Shown piece after piece: positions 48,696 through 60,777 of a stretch of 64,000 nt of DNA. This DNA is from Fistulifera solaris (Eukaryota). A program made the translations under genes and the position numbers. Positions within the stretch are counted from its first letter, which is position 1. Each line of letters opens with the position of its first letter. The DNA lies in assembly GCA_030295235.1 (NCBI GenBank), contig AP026176.1, forward strand, positions 1 through 64,000, given 5' to 3'. The notes beneath the pieces were generated by a model. That model did no database searches. It had not been told where the DNA came from and saw nothing but the letters and a program-made list of their open reading frames with translations.

Positions 48696-50312
48696 ATGAG
48701 CCACCATCGACCGTCTTTTGCCGCTATTCAATTTGCTTTTCTGACCGCAATCTCGACAATCTCGGGCATTGAGTGTCATTCCGAGCATCATCATCATGAG
48801 CATCTTCGTCATTTGCAGTCAACAACTCGGTGTGACACGACCGATCCCGGTAAAGCCGGTGAAGATGCGATCATCACAGCTGTTGCCGCTTTTCGTGAGA
48901 CACCGAGAGCCCAACGAACGTCGTTGCCGATTGTCGTTCCGGTGTGTTTTCACACTCTGTACGCGGCCGGAGGTGCTCCATTGACAGATGAAAAGCTGCA
49001 AAGCACGCTCAATCATCTCAATCAAGCCTTTACATCGTCTTCGTGTTGTGATAGAGCGCTGGAATGGTGTACCAGCGAAATAGTCGACAAATTATGCTCT
49101 ACGGAAACGCAAATTACATTTGAATTCGCGGAACTCGTGGGCGGTGTCGTGACGGGCGATACGACCGTGGGTACATCTGTGACAGCTCTGAACGCTTGCG
49201 TCGTTCGCACGGAAAATGGCGACTGGTTCACGCATTCTAAATCCATCGATGAAGCTCCGATGAAAGATGCTTTGCATTTGGGGGATCGCCGTGTACTCAA
49301 CGCGTACTTTGTGGATTTTCCGAATGGATCTTTGGGGTACGCTACCTTTCCTTTCAATGACAATGGAAAACTAGATGGTGTCGTTGTCGGATTTGATACA
49401 CTTCCGGGAGATGGTGGGCGATTTGGAGAAGGTGATACGCTCGTGCATGAGGTACGTTCGGCTATATAGGGGCGATTTCTATTCATCGAAACGACTCTTT
49501 TCTCAACCTCAAAACATTCATTACGCACAAACGCTCAGGTGGGACATTGGCTGGGTCTACCGCATACATTTTCGGGAGGCTGTTTTGCATCCGACGGTGT
49601 TTTGGATACAGCGAAAACCAGAGATCCGTATAACGGGTGTACTCCGCAGTTGTCTCGACCCGATTCGTGTCCCACGAGCACGGGTGCAGATCCAATTTTC
49701 AATTTCATGGATTATTCGGATGATGTATGCATGTACGAATTTACAACAGGTCAAAAAGAAACCATGTTGGCCATGTGGGAATTTTACCGACTGGGAGATG
49801 GGGGCATTGCGGCCGATGAAATCATCCAACTTCAATTGGGTGTTCCGTCGAATCCCATTGACTTGTTTCCCAGGGAAAAACAGCTGTACAAGCTACCAAC
49901 GAGTACTTGCGAAGTGACCTGCACCTTGTCGGGTGATAAAGAAGGAGATGTTGATTTGTTTGTGGAATACGATCAAGTTCCGCAATACAATGACGGCGAT
50001 TCTTGCGTGAGTGAATCGGGAGGCAATACGGAATCCTGTCGATTGCAATCCAGTGGAAGGTCTTTGGTTCCTCTTGGTTGTCGGAACCGCAGTCGTAGGC
50101 AATGCAACGACCTAACCGTCGATGCCATCTATGTGGGAATTCAAGGGTACGGAATTTCCACCGCCAAAACCTTGTTGTCACTTGCTCCAGAAACGCGTGA
50201 GAAGAGCCCCAAGGTAATAACATGTCAATGGATTATGGTGCTACACAAATTATTGCAACGTTCGATCAAACCTGCACCTTTTGAACCGAGCGCCCTGTTC
50301 TTTCCCAACTAA
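48696..50312 (+). CDS. Secreted M43 (pappalysin/ulilysin-like) zinc metalloprotease with C-terminal PPC-like domain; 3' end approximate
   Basis: Signal peptide; LGYATFP and DGVVV; splicing intron 49452-49538 restores HEVGHWLGLPH; Met-turn NFMDYSDD; GDVDLFV. Confidence 0.92.
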
Positions 50313-50911
50313 GTTCGAGACTCGCTCGCATAGAACTAGAACATAGTTCTTTAACTCCTAGCAGGAAAAGGAAGATAGGCAATGAATTGTGAACTAGCGT
50401 CGTTAGCTGTAAGATTGATTTATTATCCTTAGTTTGATGTTGCTCGAATTCCCGTGGCCTGTTTCTGTATACTATGTATACGCCCTGACGTCGAACGACA
50501 ACAAAGTCTCCCTTTCTGTTTTAAATGTCAGTCCCTGGCGTCTTGTTTTGTGACTGACATACAAAGTACTACGTAGAGACAAGATTTCTAAATATTTGTT
50601 CGTTTTCAATAAATGATATCTTCGACTCGTGACTCGCGGCCAGAAACACTAAAACGCACACACCACACGCAGAAAGACGAAAAAGAAAAAGAAAAAAAGA
50701 AAAAAAAAAACAAAGAAGCGGCTGGGTGCTGGATCAAGTCGCGTCCAACTTTCGTTTGCATCTTGCATCGTGCCATTCAAGCGCATCATCTAAGATCATC
50801 CTTGATCTTCGGGGATGTCAAGAATTTAAAAGCTGAGGAGTCCTCGTCTCGTATATCTTCGAGAAAGCATCCAATTTTTCATTTGACACACAAATAAAAC
50901 ACAAAACCAGA

Positions 50912-51826
50912 ATGCTGCGCTTCATAACATTTCTTTCCCTTGTGAATAACGCATTCGCCGCAGAGACTCCCGCGTTGCGTCGAAGGCCTGCCGAATGCGT
51001 CAACACGGCTCCTCATGGCCGTATTGATCAAGGTTGCGATGAAACGCGGCCCATTTGTCTCGTCTCGTCTACCGCAAATGAACCAGCCGCGAATGTTGCC
51101 GGCAACAAATGCGGCAAATGCATCAATACCGTGGAATCGAATATCTTCACCGATCTCGGGTGTTCTTCGGAAACTCCCATCTGCAATGCACCTCTCGGAT
51201 TGGGCGGCGATACGTGTCTCCCCGCCTTGCCCCACTGTACGAATACGGCGGCCTACGGCGGCGTCGATGCCGGATGTTCACGGGAAACACCGTTATGCAT
51301 CAACAGCAAGACGAAAAAAGAGGTCGGGGCCCGTGCGCAGGGTGATGTTTGTGCGGCATGTGTGAAAGTGTATTCCAGATTGCATTATCGCTTTGGTTTT
51401 ACGGATTACGGCTGCAGTGCGCAATTGCCCCGTTGTATGACATCCGAAAATAAAGACCCGGCGAGGTCACGCGCCGGTGCGAAATGTTGTACAGCGCAAG
51501 GAGTGTGTCAAACCCAATCGTTGTGTCCTTGTAATCGACCGGAAAGTGTCTGGAGTAAAGTCGTGGCTGGAATCAATCCGTGGAATTCCAATGACTTGAC
51601 CTGCCTGTCGGATACCAATTCCTTTACGGCGAGTTTGTTCGTCACGGGAACACCCTTGGGTATCGGCGTGAGTGAAGTGGAGCTCTCGGAAAGTGATCGT
51701 TGGTGGGTTTGTTCGGATCAACCCAGAGTTTCACTGACGATTAATGAAGCGGAAGCCACCGCGTGCTATCAAGAACTTCAAGCGGCCATAAAAGTCATGG
51801 GTCTTCCCGGATGTTTGACTTATTAG
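50912..51826 (+). CDS. Secreted cysteine-rich repeat protein
   Basis: Intact 304-aa ORF with signal peptide; four C-x(9-14)-D-x-GC-x4-P-x-C units. Confidence 0.8.
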   Translation: MLRFITFLSLVNNAFAAETPALRRRPAECVNTAPHGRIDQGCDETRPICLVSSTANEPAANVAGNKCGKCINTVESNIFTDLGCSSETPICNAPLGLGGDTCLPALPHCTNTAAYGGVDAGCSRETPLCINSKTKKEVGARAQGDVCAACVKVYSRLHYRFGFTDYGCSAQLPRCMTSENKDPARSRAGAKCCTAQGVCQTQSLCPCNRPESVWSKVVAGINPWNSNDLTCLSDTNSFTASLFVTGTPLGIGVSEVELSESDRWWVCSDQPRVSLTINEAEATACYQELQAAIKVMGLPGCLTY

Positions 51827-51944
51827 ACTCTTGTAATTATGTTGTCGATGTACATCAATTAATGATTGATTAACGATTCTATTTGTGGACCTTCTTCTTG
51901 CCATTTCCCATTTCCATCCTTACTTTTCCGTAATCAGATCGTGC

Positions 51945-52315
51945 GTGACTGTTTCCAGTCGTGATTTGCTTGAACCAACACTTCGGGCTATATAGAATTA
52001 TTCCTTTGGCTCTTCTACGCCAATCGGTGAGTTAATGCATATAATATAAAATGAAATTGATGGCTTTATTTATTCCTAGGTTGATGATTCAAACCATTTC
52101 GTGCACTAATCTATTTTCAGTTGAAATTGCAGTGACTGTTTCCAGTCGTGATTTGCTTGAATCAACACTTTGGGCTATAGTGAATTATTCCTTTAGCTCT
52201 TCTACGCAAATCGGTGAGTTTAACGCCCTTAAAATGAAGTTGCTGGCTTTATTTATTCCCAGGTTGATGGTTCCAACCATTTCGTGCACTAATCTATTTT
52301 CAGTTGAAATTGCAC
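51945..52315. repeat. Tandem duplication, ~187-bp unit
   Basis: GTGACTGTTTCCAGTCGTGATTTGCTTGAA at 51945 and 52132; both copies end CTATTTTCAGTTGAAATTGCA. Confidence 0.9.
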
Positions 52316-52878
52316 TTTGACCTTTTTGTGCCGTATCCATTGTCCGTTTTTGCATCGTGACTGGAATCCAGTCGTGGTTTCGTTAAACCAATACACGGGC
52401 TAGGGTCTATACCTACCACTATTGTGAACCAAACATTCGGCTTTTCGATGCATAGATTGCACGCTTCCTCTTTACGTTTGTTGAATGAGGTTTACGACAT
52501 TCATCAGCAGTATATTCATGAAATTGTGCCAATGGTCTTGACGGACTACAATAATAAGTCAGTTTGGTAACATCAATCAAGCGCATTAATAATTATTTCA
52601 CGATGTCTCTCCTTCGACAATGTCCGAATAGTCTCAATGGATGCTGTTGCACTTGATATTATTGCGACTACAGCATTGCATAATCGCTTGATATAAGACT
52701 AATTTGCATGTTTTAGCGTCGGCATTGGTCATCCTCATTTCGTTCACACAACAAGCCACAAGACGGATGAATAAAAGTAGAAATCAATTCTCTAATGAAT
52801 GCAACATAGACTGACTTCACTTAACAGTTGTCTCTTTCGATATGTACTCTAGGGAGAAACGACGTGAAATCAAACAGC

Positions 52879-53538
52879 TTAAAGAGCCCAGTCAGGGCTG
52901 CCCATATCTTCACGGCCACCCATGGTCACATCGATGCACTTGATACCAGCACGGTCGGTATCGACCACACCGTACACCGCCGCATAGCACTTCCAGTCGC
53001 TGGAGCTTTTGCGAATGGTGGCAGTCTCTTTCGATCCGGCTTCCGTGGCTTTTCGGTCCCAGCCCGCCCAGTTCGGATCCAAGACATAATTGGGATCGTC
53101 CGTCATGAACAAATCGGTGTCAGTTCCGGCAAAGTCGGACCAAGTGTTGCAGCAGCACTCGTTGCCTTTCATGGGGATCCAGAAGACACGCCATTCGCCT
53201 TCAGCGTGGTTGTAAGGACCGTACCAGTCCCCTGTAGGATGATGAATGATAAAAGGTTAGTTCTTGCTCGAATCTTTGCAACTTCAATAAAACTTATTTC
53301 TCATTTATTGAAACGCACCTTCCCAGATCTCCAGCTCTTCTACTTCAGCCACATCGCCTCCATCGTGACCGTGATCGCCATGATCGCCATGATCACCGTG
53401 ATCGTCTCCTTTGAAGCCTTGCATCTGACGACTGAACAAGGCAGCCGAAAGATCCTGTTGTTGCGAAGAAAGCATGAAGGTGGCCATACTGCCGAGAAGC
53501 AACAACGAGGCGGCGGCGAATGTCTTGCTGGAACTCAT
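52879..53538 (-). CDS. Small secreted or signal-anchored His-rich protein, two exons
   Basis: Hydrophobic N-terminus; GDDHGDHGDHGDHGHD; GT-AG intron 53232-53318 joins in frame to an exon with ECCCNTW; about 190 aa. Confidence 0.72.
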
Positions 53539-54686
53539 TTTGTTTTGTTTTGTTGAAGCACAAGCTATCGTTCGTTGAGGCACAATGGGCGTCCAGTCGA
53601 GTGACGAGATGCGATTATTATGCGACGAGATAGGCGTGCGGCGGATCTTTTTTGGCTTCCGCCAAGTTGTCGATGACCTTGTTCCTTCAATTTTTCAATC
53701 CGTAAGGTCATAGATGTTCCGGGAATTGCCCATAAATGCGATCGGCACGAAAGTGTCTTCATGACAGCAAATTGTTAGGTGACATCGGAACTCTGGGAGA
53801 CGTGCGCGTGTTGCGCCTAAGCAGGGTTGCGCGGGAATTCAAAAAAGACCGTGGGATGGCGCCAGGCTGGCTGGAAAATTCTAACTCTGCCACAAATTGT
53901 ATTTTTCAAGATTAGGCAAGATTTGAATCTATCCGTTGAAGGATTGAAATTGATAGTAAAAATTCCAACGAAAAAGCCTTCTGCGAATAGGCATGCGATC
54001 AATCGTATCATTTCATGTGTGCTGGCGTTCGGCACTGGCGTCGAAAGTGCGACAATAACTTTGCGGAATGTTCCCCGCCGGATCTTTTCGATGAATATCC
54101 GTATACCTCTTGCGATGAATGCCGAACCAGCTATACCGTACCAGTAACATTAATGTTAGAACTATTTTATCCGTGATTGTCCGTGACTGATTAACATGCT
54201 GTAGAAAGTTCTCGACTTATTTTTATTTCAGTGGTTGTTGATCGTAAGACTTACAGTGTTCGCAACTGTTCGAAAATCTAAATGGGAATTAGCCGCTAAT
54301 GAAATGAATGCGATCCTTTGGTGATCGATTGCAAATATTACGGCGGGAGAGTTTGCCTCGTGAACGACTTACGTGCAGTCATGGCGAAAAACGGACAACA
54401 CTCTTTTGGGCTATAGTAACTTACTTGCAATCCCTCACCATATAGTCTTTAGCAATTGCAATCCCCGTTATCTAGTGACTAACCGTCGTACGACAGCGTT
54501 CTTTGTGCAGAGTCTGTCCGTCACCCGTTTCTTCGAGTAAGATCCTTGGCTTGGCGTCCTCTCGCTTCGCTTGCACCGCAACAACGGCATGCCGGTCGGG
54601 AGCAACGAGAAGGACGAAGAATAGAACCTATTATTACTCCTTGTTAATTGAATTCAAATATATAAAAAAATATAGAAACAAATAGC

Positions 54687-57049
54687 ATGCCAGGAAGAAG
54701 CAGCAACAATTCACGTTCGTCAAAGTCCGGAAAATCAGATCAAAAACAGTTATTCAACAGTGTAAGTCAAAGCGAGGAGGATATTGCCTTTTTCTGTTCT
54801 GAGGGCCTTTATTTTAGCATCGTTTCTGCGATAATCACAGCTCTGTTCTGACGCTTTTTCGTTTTTAAATACAGCTCAAAGGCGCTTGTCCCGAACATCG
54901 CGTCAAAGACTTAGAGCAACTTGTGGCCGATTTGAAAGGAGATGAAGAAAAGATTCAGCAACAATTGGATATATGGTGGTCGGAACCCGTGAAACCTGTA
55001 GAAGAGGAATGGGCGAATGTCAATCGCTCAAAAGCGGCTGCTCCCGCTCCCGCACCTGCGCGAGGACGGGGAGGCGGCCGGGGTCGTGGCGGTGGACGTG
55101 AGACGAGTAGTAATGCGACTCCTTCGGCAGGTCGAGGAAGAAGTGAAGGACGGGGAGGACGCGGAGGTCGAGGAAGATCTGCGGGACGCGAACCCGCGGC
55201 GGTTGTGAATGCAACAAAGGCTCCGGAAGCGGCGGCTGCCCCAGAAAGTACTCCTCCAGCTGATGCAAAGCCAGCGCTTCCTCCCAAGTCGAAAGAAGGA
55301 GCTTGGGGAAAACCGAAACCGAAAGCGGCGGCACATGAACCTGCTGCTGCCCCTGTCCTACCCACTCCTCCGGCGATTACTCCACCTGCACCTACTCTAC
55401 CCAAATCAGAACCCGCTCCGATATCTGTGGCGGTCGGAGGACCCCCGGAAATGTCTGGGCGACCAAGGGATCCGCACATTTGATTCGCTCTGTACAGGAA
55501 AAACCTAAGGCACCGAAACCAACACCTCCATCAAAAGCCCCGGAACCGGATCTATCGGCTTTGGAGGCCGCTACGGGAAATCTCCAAGTCGATCCGATCA
55601 TTCCTGATCCGCCGGTAATTTCGGAACCTCCCATGCCCACTTCGCTCCCCGTCCCACCCAACGCTTGGACGCAAGCTCCTACTGAACCCGCCGCTCCACC
55701 ATCTCCTGTACGCACGGCTCCTCCTCCTCCCGTTGCTCAACCGAAACAGCAGAGACCGAAGGAACGCACCAACGTACTGAATATGGGACATTGGGATACT
55801 GCCAATGATGACGATGATAACAATCTTGATTTCGGATTTGGCTCGTTTGTGGATGCCGACGTGCCGTCGTCGGCACCGAAAATGAACGCCGAGGCTGCAA
55901 CTACGTCAGGACCTTCACCCGCGCGTCCTCCACCGGGACTTTCGATTGGCGGTATGCCACCCATGCCCCCGAATGCCATGCTCGCCCACGAATTGGAAGA
56001 CAAGCTTGAAGAAGCCTCCTTGAATGCGGCAGCAGCAGCTGCCGCTGCCGCCGCAGCCAATAGTGCCTCAGCTCCGGAAGTTCATTCGCATACCGAGAGC
56101 ATCGACGCCAACGCTGCTGGCTCAATGGTTCCGGGCTCTTTGCCTCCAGGTGTCTTTCACACACAAACAGGATACAGTCCCTACCCTGCCCCCGGAATGG
56201 GAGGCATGTACGACTACAATGCTGGCAATGCTTTTGTGCAGGATGGCGGCGCACCCGGATTAGGACCTCCGAAGTCGCAGCCGCTTCCACCCAGTGGTCT
56301 CTACGGAGCCCAGCAACCGGCTCCGTCTTCTGGCAACAGTTCGACGGCAGCCAATTCGAATGGCAATGCTGGTCCGGCACCTCTCCAACCCCCAGGTATG
56401 CACAACATGTACGGCAACCCGGCCATGTACTACAATCAACACCACCAAGCTGCGTTCCATATGAATCAAGCGGCGGGTGGATTAGGTTACAACTATGGAT
56501 ACGGTGCGCAATTTGGAGGCGCTGCAGGATTTGGATACCCTCAAGCCATGGGACAGTCGGCGTCCGGATATCCCCTATATGATGAAAGCGCCGGCGGTTC
56601 TTATCCGAAGTCGGGAGGAGGCTACCGTGGAAGAAACAGTAACCAGTACGGACAAGGCCAGAATCAACAAGCATCTTTACCGAACCAACAGCAGCAACAG
56701 CAACAGCAGCAGTACAACCCGCAAGGTTACCAGCCCTACTCCATGGGATATCCTCCCAATGATCACTTTGCACGTGGTGGATACGGTGGTATGCAGGATC
56801 CGTACGCAATGCAGCAGCAACACGGTGGATATGGAGGCGGCTTTAATCCGAATAACAACAACGAAGGAAACGATCAACAGCGAGGCAAAAAGGGAGGAAA
56901 CCGCGGCTTTAGCGGTCACCACCCACCAACAGTTTGGCCAGCCCTTGGGTGGATCGACTCAACCTCCTCCCAACAATTCGGGCGGCGCATGGCCCAACAA
57001 TCAAGCATGGGGAGGTAGCGGAGCTCCGAGCTGGCAAGGTGCTAAGTAA
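54687..57049 (+). CDS. UBAP2L/Lingerer-like protein (UBA/CUE-like, RGG, Pro-rich, FG motif, Q/G/Y-rich tail); intron and frameshifts
   Basis: Intron about 54762-54874; helical N-domain then EEEWANV; RGRGGGRGRGGGR; LDFGFGSF; prion-like C-terminus. Confidence 0.6.
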
Positions 57050-58359
57050 ACGATCCAAGGTTGAAACTTACCTTGCGTTGTATCGACCATTAATACTAAG
57101 CTAGGCTAAAACAGTTTCTTTTTTATATGATGGTTCTAAGACATTACGAAGCGTTAGGTCTCGCAGGTTGCGGTACCCTTCCAGTTTTGCGCGATGATTA
57201 ATAAAAGGCGAGTGTATTCTCTGCTTTTGAAAAGTTTCACCATCTCCGTCCTATAATTTTCATGTTCGCACCGTGCTGCGTCATGAATTGAGGTTTATAG
57301 ACGACCGTAAACCGTGAAGGTTCTAGAAAGCTAAATGACAACAGTCAATCCTACGGCATCTTAGCCACAAGAGGACTCGTCAGTTGTCAATAGTCAATAG
57401 TCACTAGCGAATCCTCTAGGTTTAGGTTATTCCGGTTAATTCCGGTTTCCGGTAGGTTCCTAGTTCCTAGTTTGGGGTTCCGGTGTTGGTTCCTGATTCC
57501 TGCGATCTTGAGATTGATTTTGACTGCAGTAAGTCACTGTCTACTTATAACATCCTATATCCTAAATCCTAAATCGGTGCCGATCGTTCCACGTCGTTCC
57601 ATGGAACATTGGATAAGGAATTACCTACTTTATCTTTTTTTCATCAAAATTTCTTCAATCTGCATCAATGCATTATTTCTTCAATATTACGAGGTCATTA
57701 TTACTTAATTACTCATTGTGAATTGAAGACCTTTTCTGGACAAGAGAAAAACAGGAAAAGCACAAGCCACAGCCAATTATATTCCATGTCTACTACAAGT
57801 AGTGCTCTTATTCGGCATGCCGCGGTCAATGTTCTCTGTTCTTCATGTGACTGACGAGCAGCACGTGGCGGCCCGACTGTATATTTATTTGTACGAGGTA
57901 CAGCTGTTCTTTTTTGGTTTTCTGTCTTTTTATTCTTCTCTCCCATCCACGCAAAAATTCCTGCTTGCGGACTTTTTTGACAGCGTCTTCTGGCTTCCAA
58001 ACTTCGACATCAAGAACCAACTATTGCGAAACAGTTCAAGGAATAAGGAATATCGAAACTTTACTTAATTTCAGACTGTACGGAAGACGAAGCGCAAAGC
58101 ACCATGGCTCAACAAAGCTGAACAAAGCAACCTACTTGCGACTTGCGAAGATCATCGACTGAGTTTTGAAAACGGTCGGTAACGAAACCGAAGGGGGCTG
58201 TTCGAAATAGGAAGTGGTCGGCTACCCGTTGTTGTCCTAAGCAAGAACCTTGCTTACCTGGGAGCTTACAAAAAGTTCACATTGCAGAATTGACAATTAC
58301 AAAAATTGCGAGGGTTCCATTGGCTTCAGTGTATCGACAAACATCTAAAGCATCGGCAA

Positions 58360-59547
58360 ATGGCGACGAGAATCTCATACCATGGTAGGAATACGATAGT
58401 TGGTTTATCGAGGTTCAAGCCCGACCTCACCCGCTGTTATCCTTACAGAATCAAAGAGCACGAAAACGGGAAAGCGACAACGGAGCAATGAAGATGTAGA
58501 AGACACCAATGTAAAGAAACATCGAGGTCTGGAAGTGACGCCAGGTAACAAAGAAGAGGAAACATTCCCAGCCAAGGTGAGAAAGGGGGCTTGTATGGAA
58601 CAAGTTTGCGTAAATGAATCCTTGACTTACTTTGTACATTCAAGTTAATGAAAATATTGGACGACGATAAAAACTGCATGTCAATCCGATGGTCACAAGA
58701 TGGAACCGTTTTCGCAATCCAGCAGGAGAGGTTTGAGGCTCATATGCTGGGCAAGCATTTCCCAAATTCGAGATTTGCTAGTTTCGTACGTCGATTGAGC
58801 CGCTGGGGCTTTGAAAGATCGGTGCGAGCAGAGTTTCCGTTGGATTGGATTGTGTATCGTCATCCTCTGTTTCGACGAGGCAAGGCAAATCTCTTGAAAA
58901 ATCTCACATCGGGACAAATGTACGAGATCAATGGTTTACAAGAAGAAACAGGCGCAAACATTATAAATGAAACTGCAACGAACCCAACGAATAACCTAAT
59001 TGCCTTGGGCTCGGAGTGTCAGATTGCTTCACTTCCTCGTGATCATGTCCCACTTGCGCAAGGCGTAGCGGAGGAGTTTTGGCAGGCGAAAATGGGCCAC
59101 GTTATGGCTGCCAGAAATGCTGGTCCGAACTTCGATGATTTAGGTTTTCGGAGCGGCAATGCAAGGATCGTACCGACACAAGCTGGAATTCAGGACACGC
59201 TTTTCATTGACCATTCCAATCTGGACAACGTATTGAACGGCCCATCCGTCTCCCCGTCCTCTGTCCACGACTCCATACTGAACAGGTTATCGAATGACCA
59301 GGGCGCTCAATTGAATTTGCAAGTTGACAACAGGCGACTGCTGGCCCTTCTACAAGGTTTGGAAAGACCCCTCACTGAAAGCGTTTTCCATGCCCGGCCT
59401 CCAGTAAATCCGTTCAATCAGTCGAATCTGCTAGCCGCACTAGAACTGATTCAGCGCGGAAGACAAGCCGCCACTACATTGCCATACAGTCACCTTTCCG
59501 ATGAAGACTTGATTCGTTACCTTCTATTGGCTCAAATTCGGCGCTGA
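58360..59547 (+). CDS. Heat-shock-factor-type DNA-binding protein, 2 introns
   Basis: FPAK|LMKIL...IRWSQDG..F...HFPNSRFASFVRRLSRWGF...YRHPLFRRG; introns about 58385-58448 and 58577-58644. Confidence 0.9.
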
Positions 59548-59658
59548 AGTTCAACGCACTCCGAGAAATGCTTGAAATGTATTGTTAATTCACACTTGTA
59601 TCGATAACACACGAAATTATTAAAACCTGCCTTTGTTTTCGTTTTAACCAATTGTTGT

Positions 59659-60777
59659 TTATTTATCGTCTTTTGTGTATCCCAGTACTTGTATCAGTTT
59701 CTTGATTCGTCGAGCATATTCATTCGGGAAGTCTGACAGGGTGAGAGTAGCGTTCTGCTGATTGATCTTGTACTGCGTCGACACCATGGGTTGCTGCAAT
59801 AGTTCATTGTCACGACATTTCTGTGCGACGTGAGAATCCGTCGATGATTCCTTAACAAACCCCGCCAAGGCGGCGACTTGACATGGCGATGTTTCTTCGA
59901 CACGATACCAGTGATCAATGTCCCCTCGTTGATGCGCCAGTAACATGGCTTGACTGTATTCCAACACGTACGTTGCCACCCAATCGAGACACGTATTTCG
60001 TTCTTGTTCGGAAGGAAACAAGGCCTTTACATAGGTCACAAAAGAGGGATGCACGGATGTGTCGTTACAAAATTTGGCCGTCAATGATTCCATCGTTCGC
60101 AGTGGATGTCGGACTTGCCATAAATTCACGGCAAAGGGTGTTTCGCAGTAGTTCGGACGTTGCGTGCAACCCCATTCGCGTTGCAACACTTCGAAGCAGG
60201 ATTTCATCCAACAAGCTGACCACGTTTGCCACGACGAACACGATTGTGCGGCATACATGCGGGGATGAAATCCCATGTTGTGGGTGAAATTGACGCACAG
60301 GGGTGCCATTTGCTCAATCGAGGACGGGGGAGGCAAAAACCGGATGCCGTGAAACCACGAAACGGTTCCGTCCCGACAAAAATACGATGTCGAGTCGGAA
60401 ACTTCGTGTTGAACTTCCAATCCGAAATGAGTCGATAGTTCGTATGCGACTTGCGTCGTTCCGCTGCTCATTGTTCCGACAATTAATACTTGTCGAGGGT
60501 CGGTGATGGCGAGAGCGGGTCGGAGCCCTATGAAAGGACTGACTAATTCGGGGCGTTGCAAAAGGACGTAATGATACGCATGGTAAATTAGATACGGAAC
60601 CATGACATACGGCAGTACGACAATCAACGGATGTCCCCAGAAGATTTGCGAAAGAGTTTTCTCGTCGGTAGATTGTTGCGATGATTCTTTCCTCGATGTT
60701 GCGTCGTTCCGTTTGGAGGACGCTTCTAGCGGAGCTGCTTGTTTCTTGCCTCGTCGCTGCCGTGTTTTGTTACTCAT
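59659..60777 (-). CDS. Type II membrane protein, sulfotransferase-like P-loop fold
   Basis: Intact 372-aa ORF; single TM; VLIVGTMSSGT (5'-PSB-like) and QVRHPLRTMES (3'-PB-like). Confidence 0.6.
   Translation of the reverse strand: MSNKTRQRRGKKQAAPLEASSKRNDATSRKESSQQSTDEKTLSQIFWGHPLIVVLPYVMVPYLIYHAYHYVLLQRPELVSPFIGLRPALAITDPRQVLIVGTMSSGTTQVAYELSTHFGLEVQHEVSDSTSYFCRDGTVSWFHGIRFLPPPSSIEQMAPLCVNFTHNMGFHPRMYAAQSCSSWQTWSACWMKSCFEVLQREWGCTQRPNYCETPFAVNLWQVRHPLRTMESLTAKFCNDTSVHPSFVTYVKALFPSEQERNTCLDWVATYVLEYSQAMLLAHQRGDIDHWYRVEETSPCQVAALAGFVKESSTDSHVAQKCRDNELLQQPMVSTQYKINQQNATLTLSDFPNEYARRIKKLIQVLGYTKDDK

Noticed and set aside
52828..53556. 242-aa plus-strand ORF
   Set aside because: Antisense shadow of the spliced minus-strand His-rich gene, which has the signal peptide and canonical splice sites
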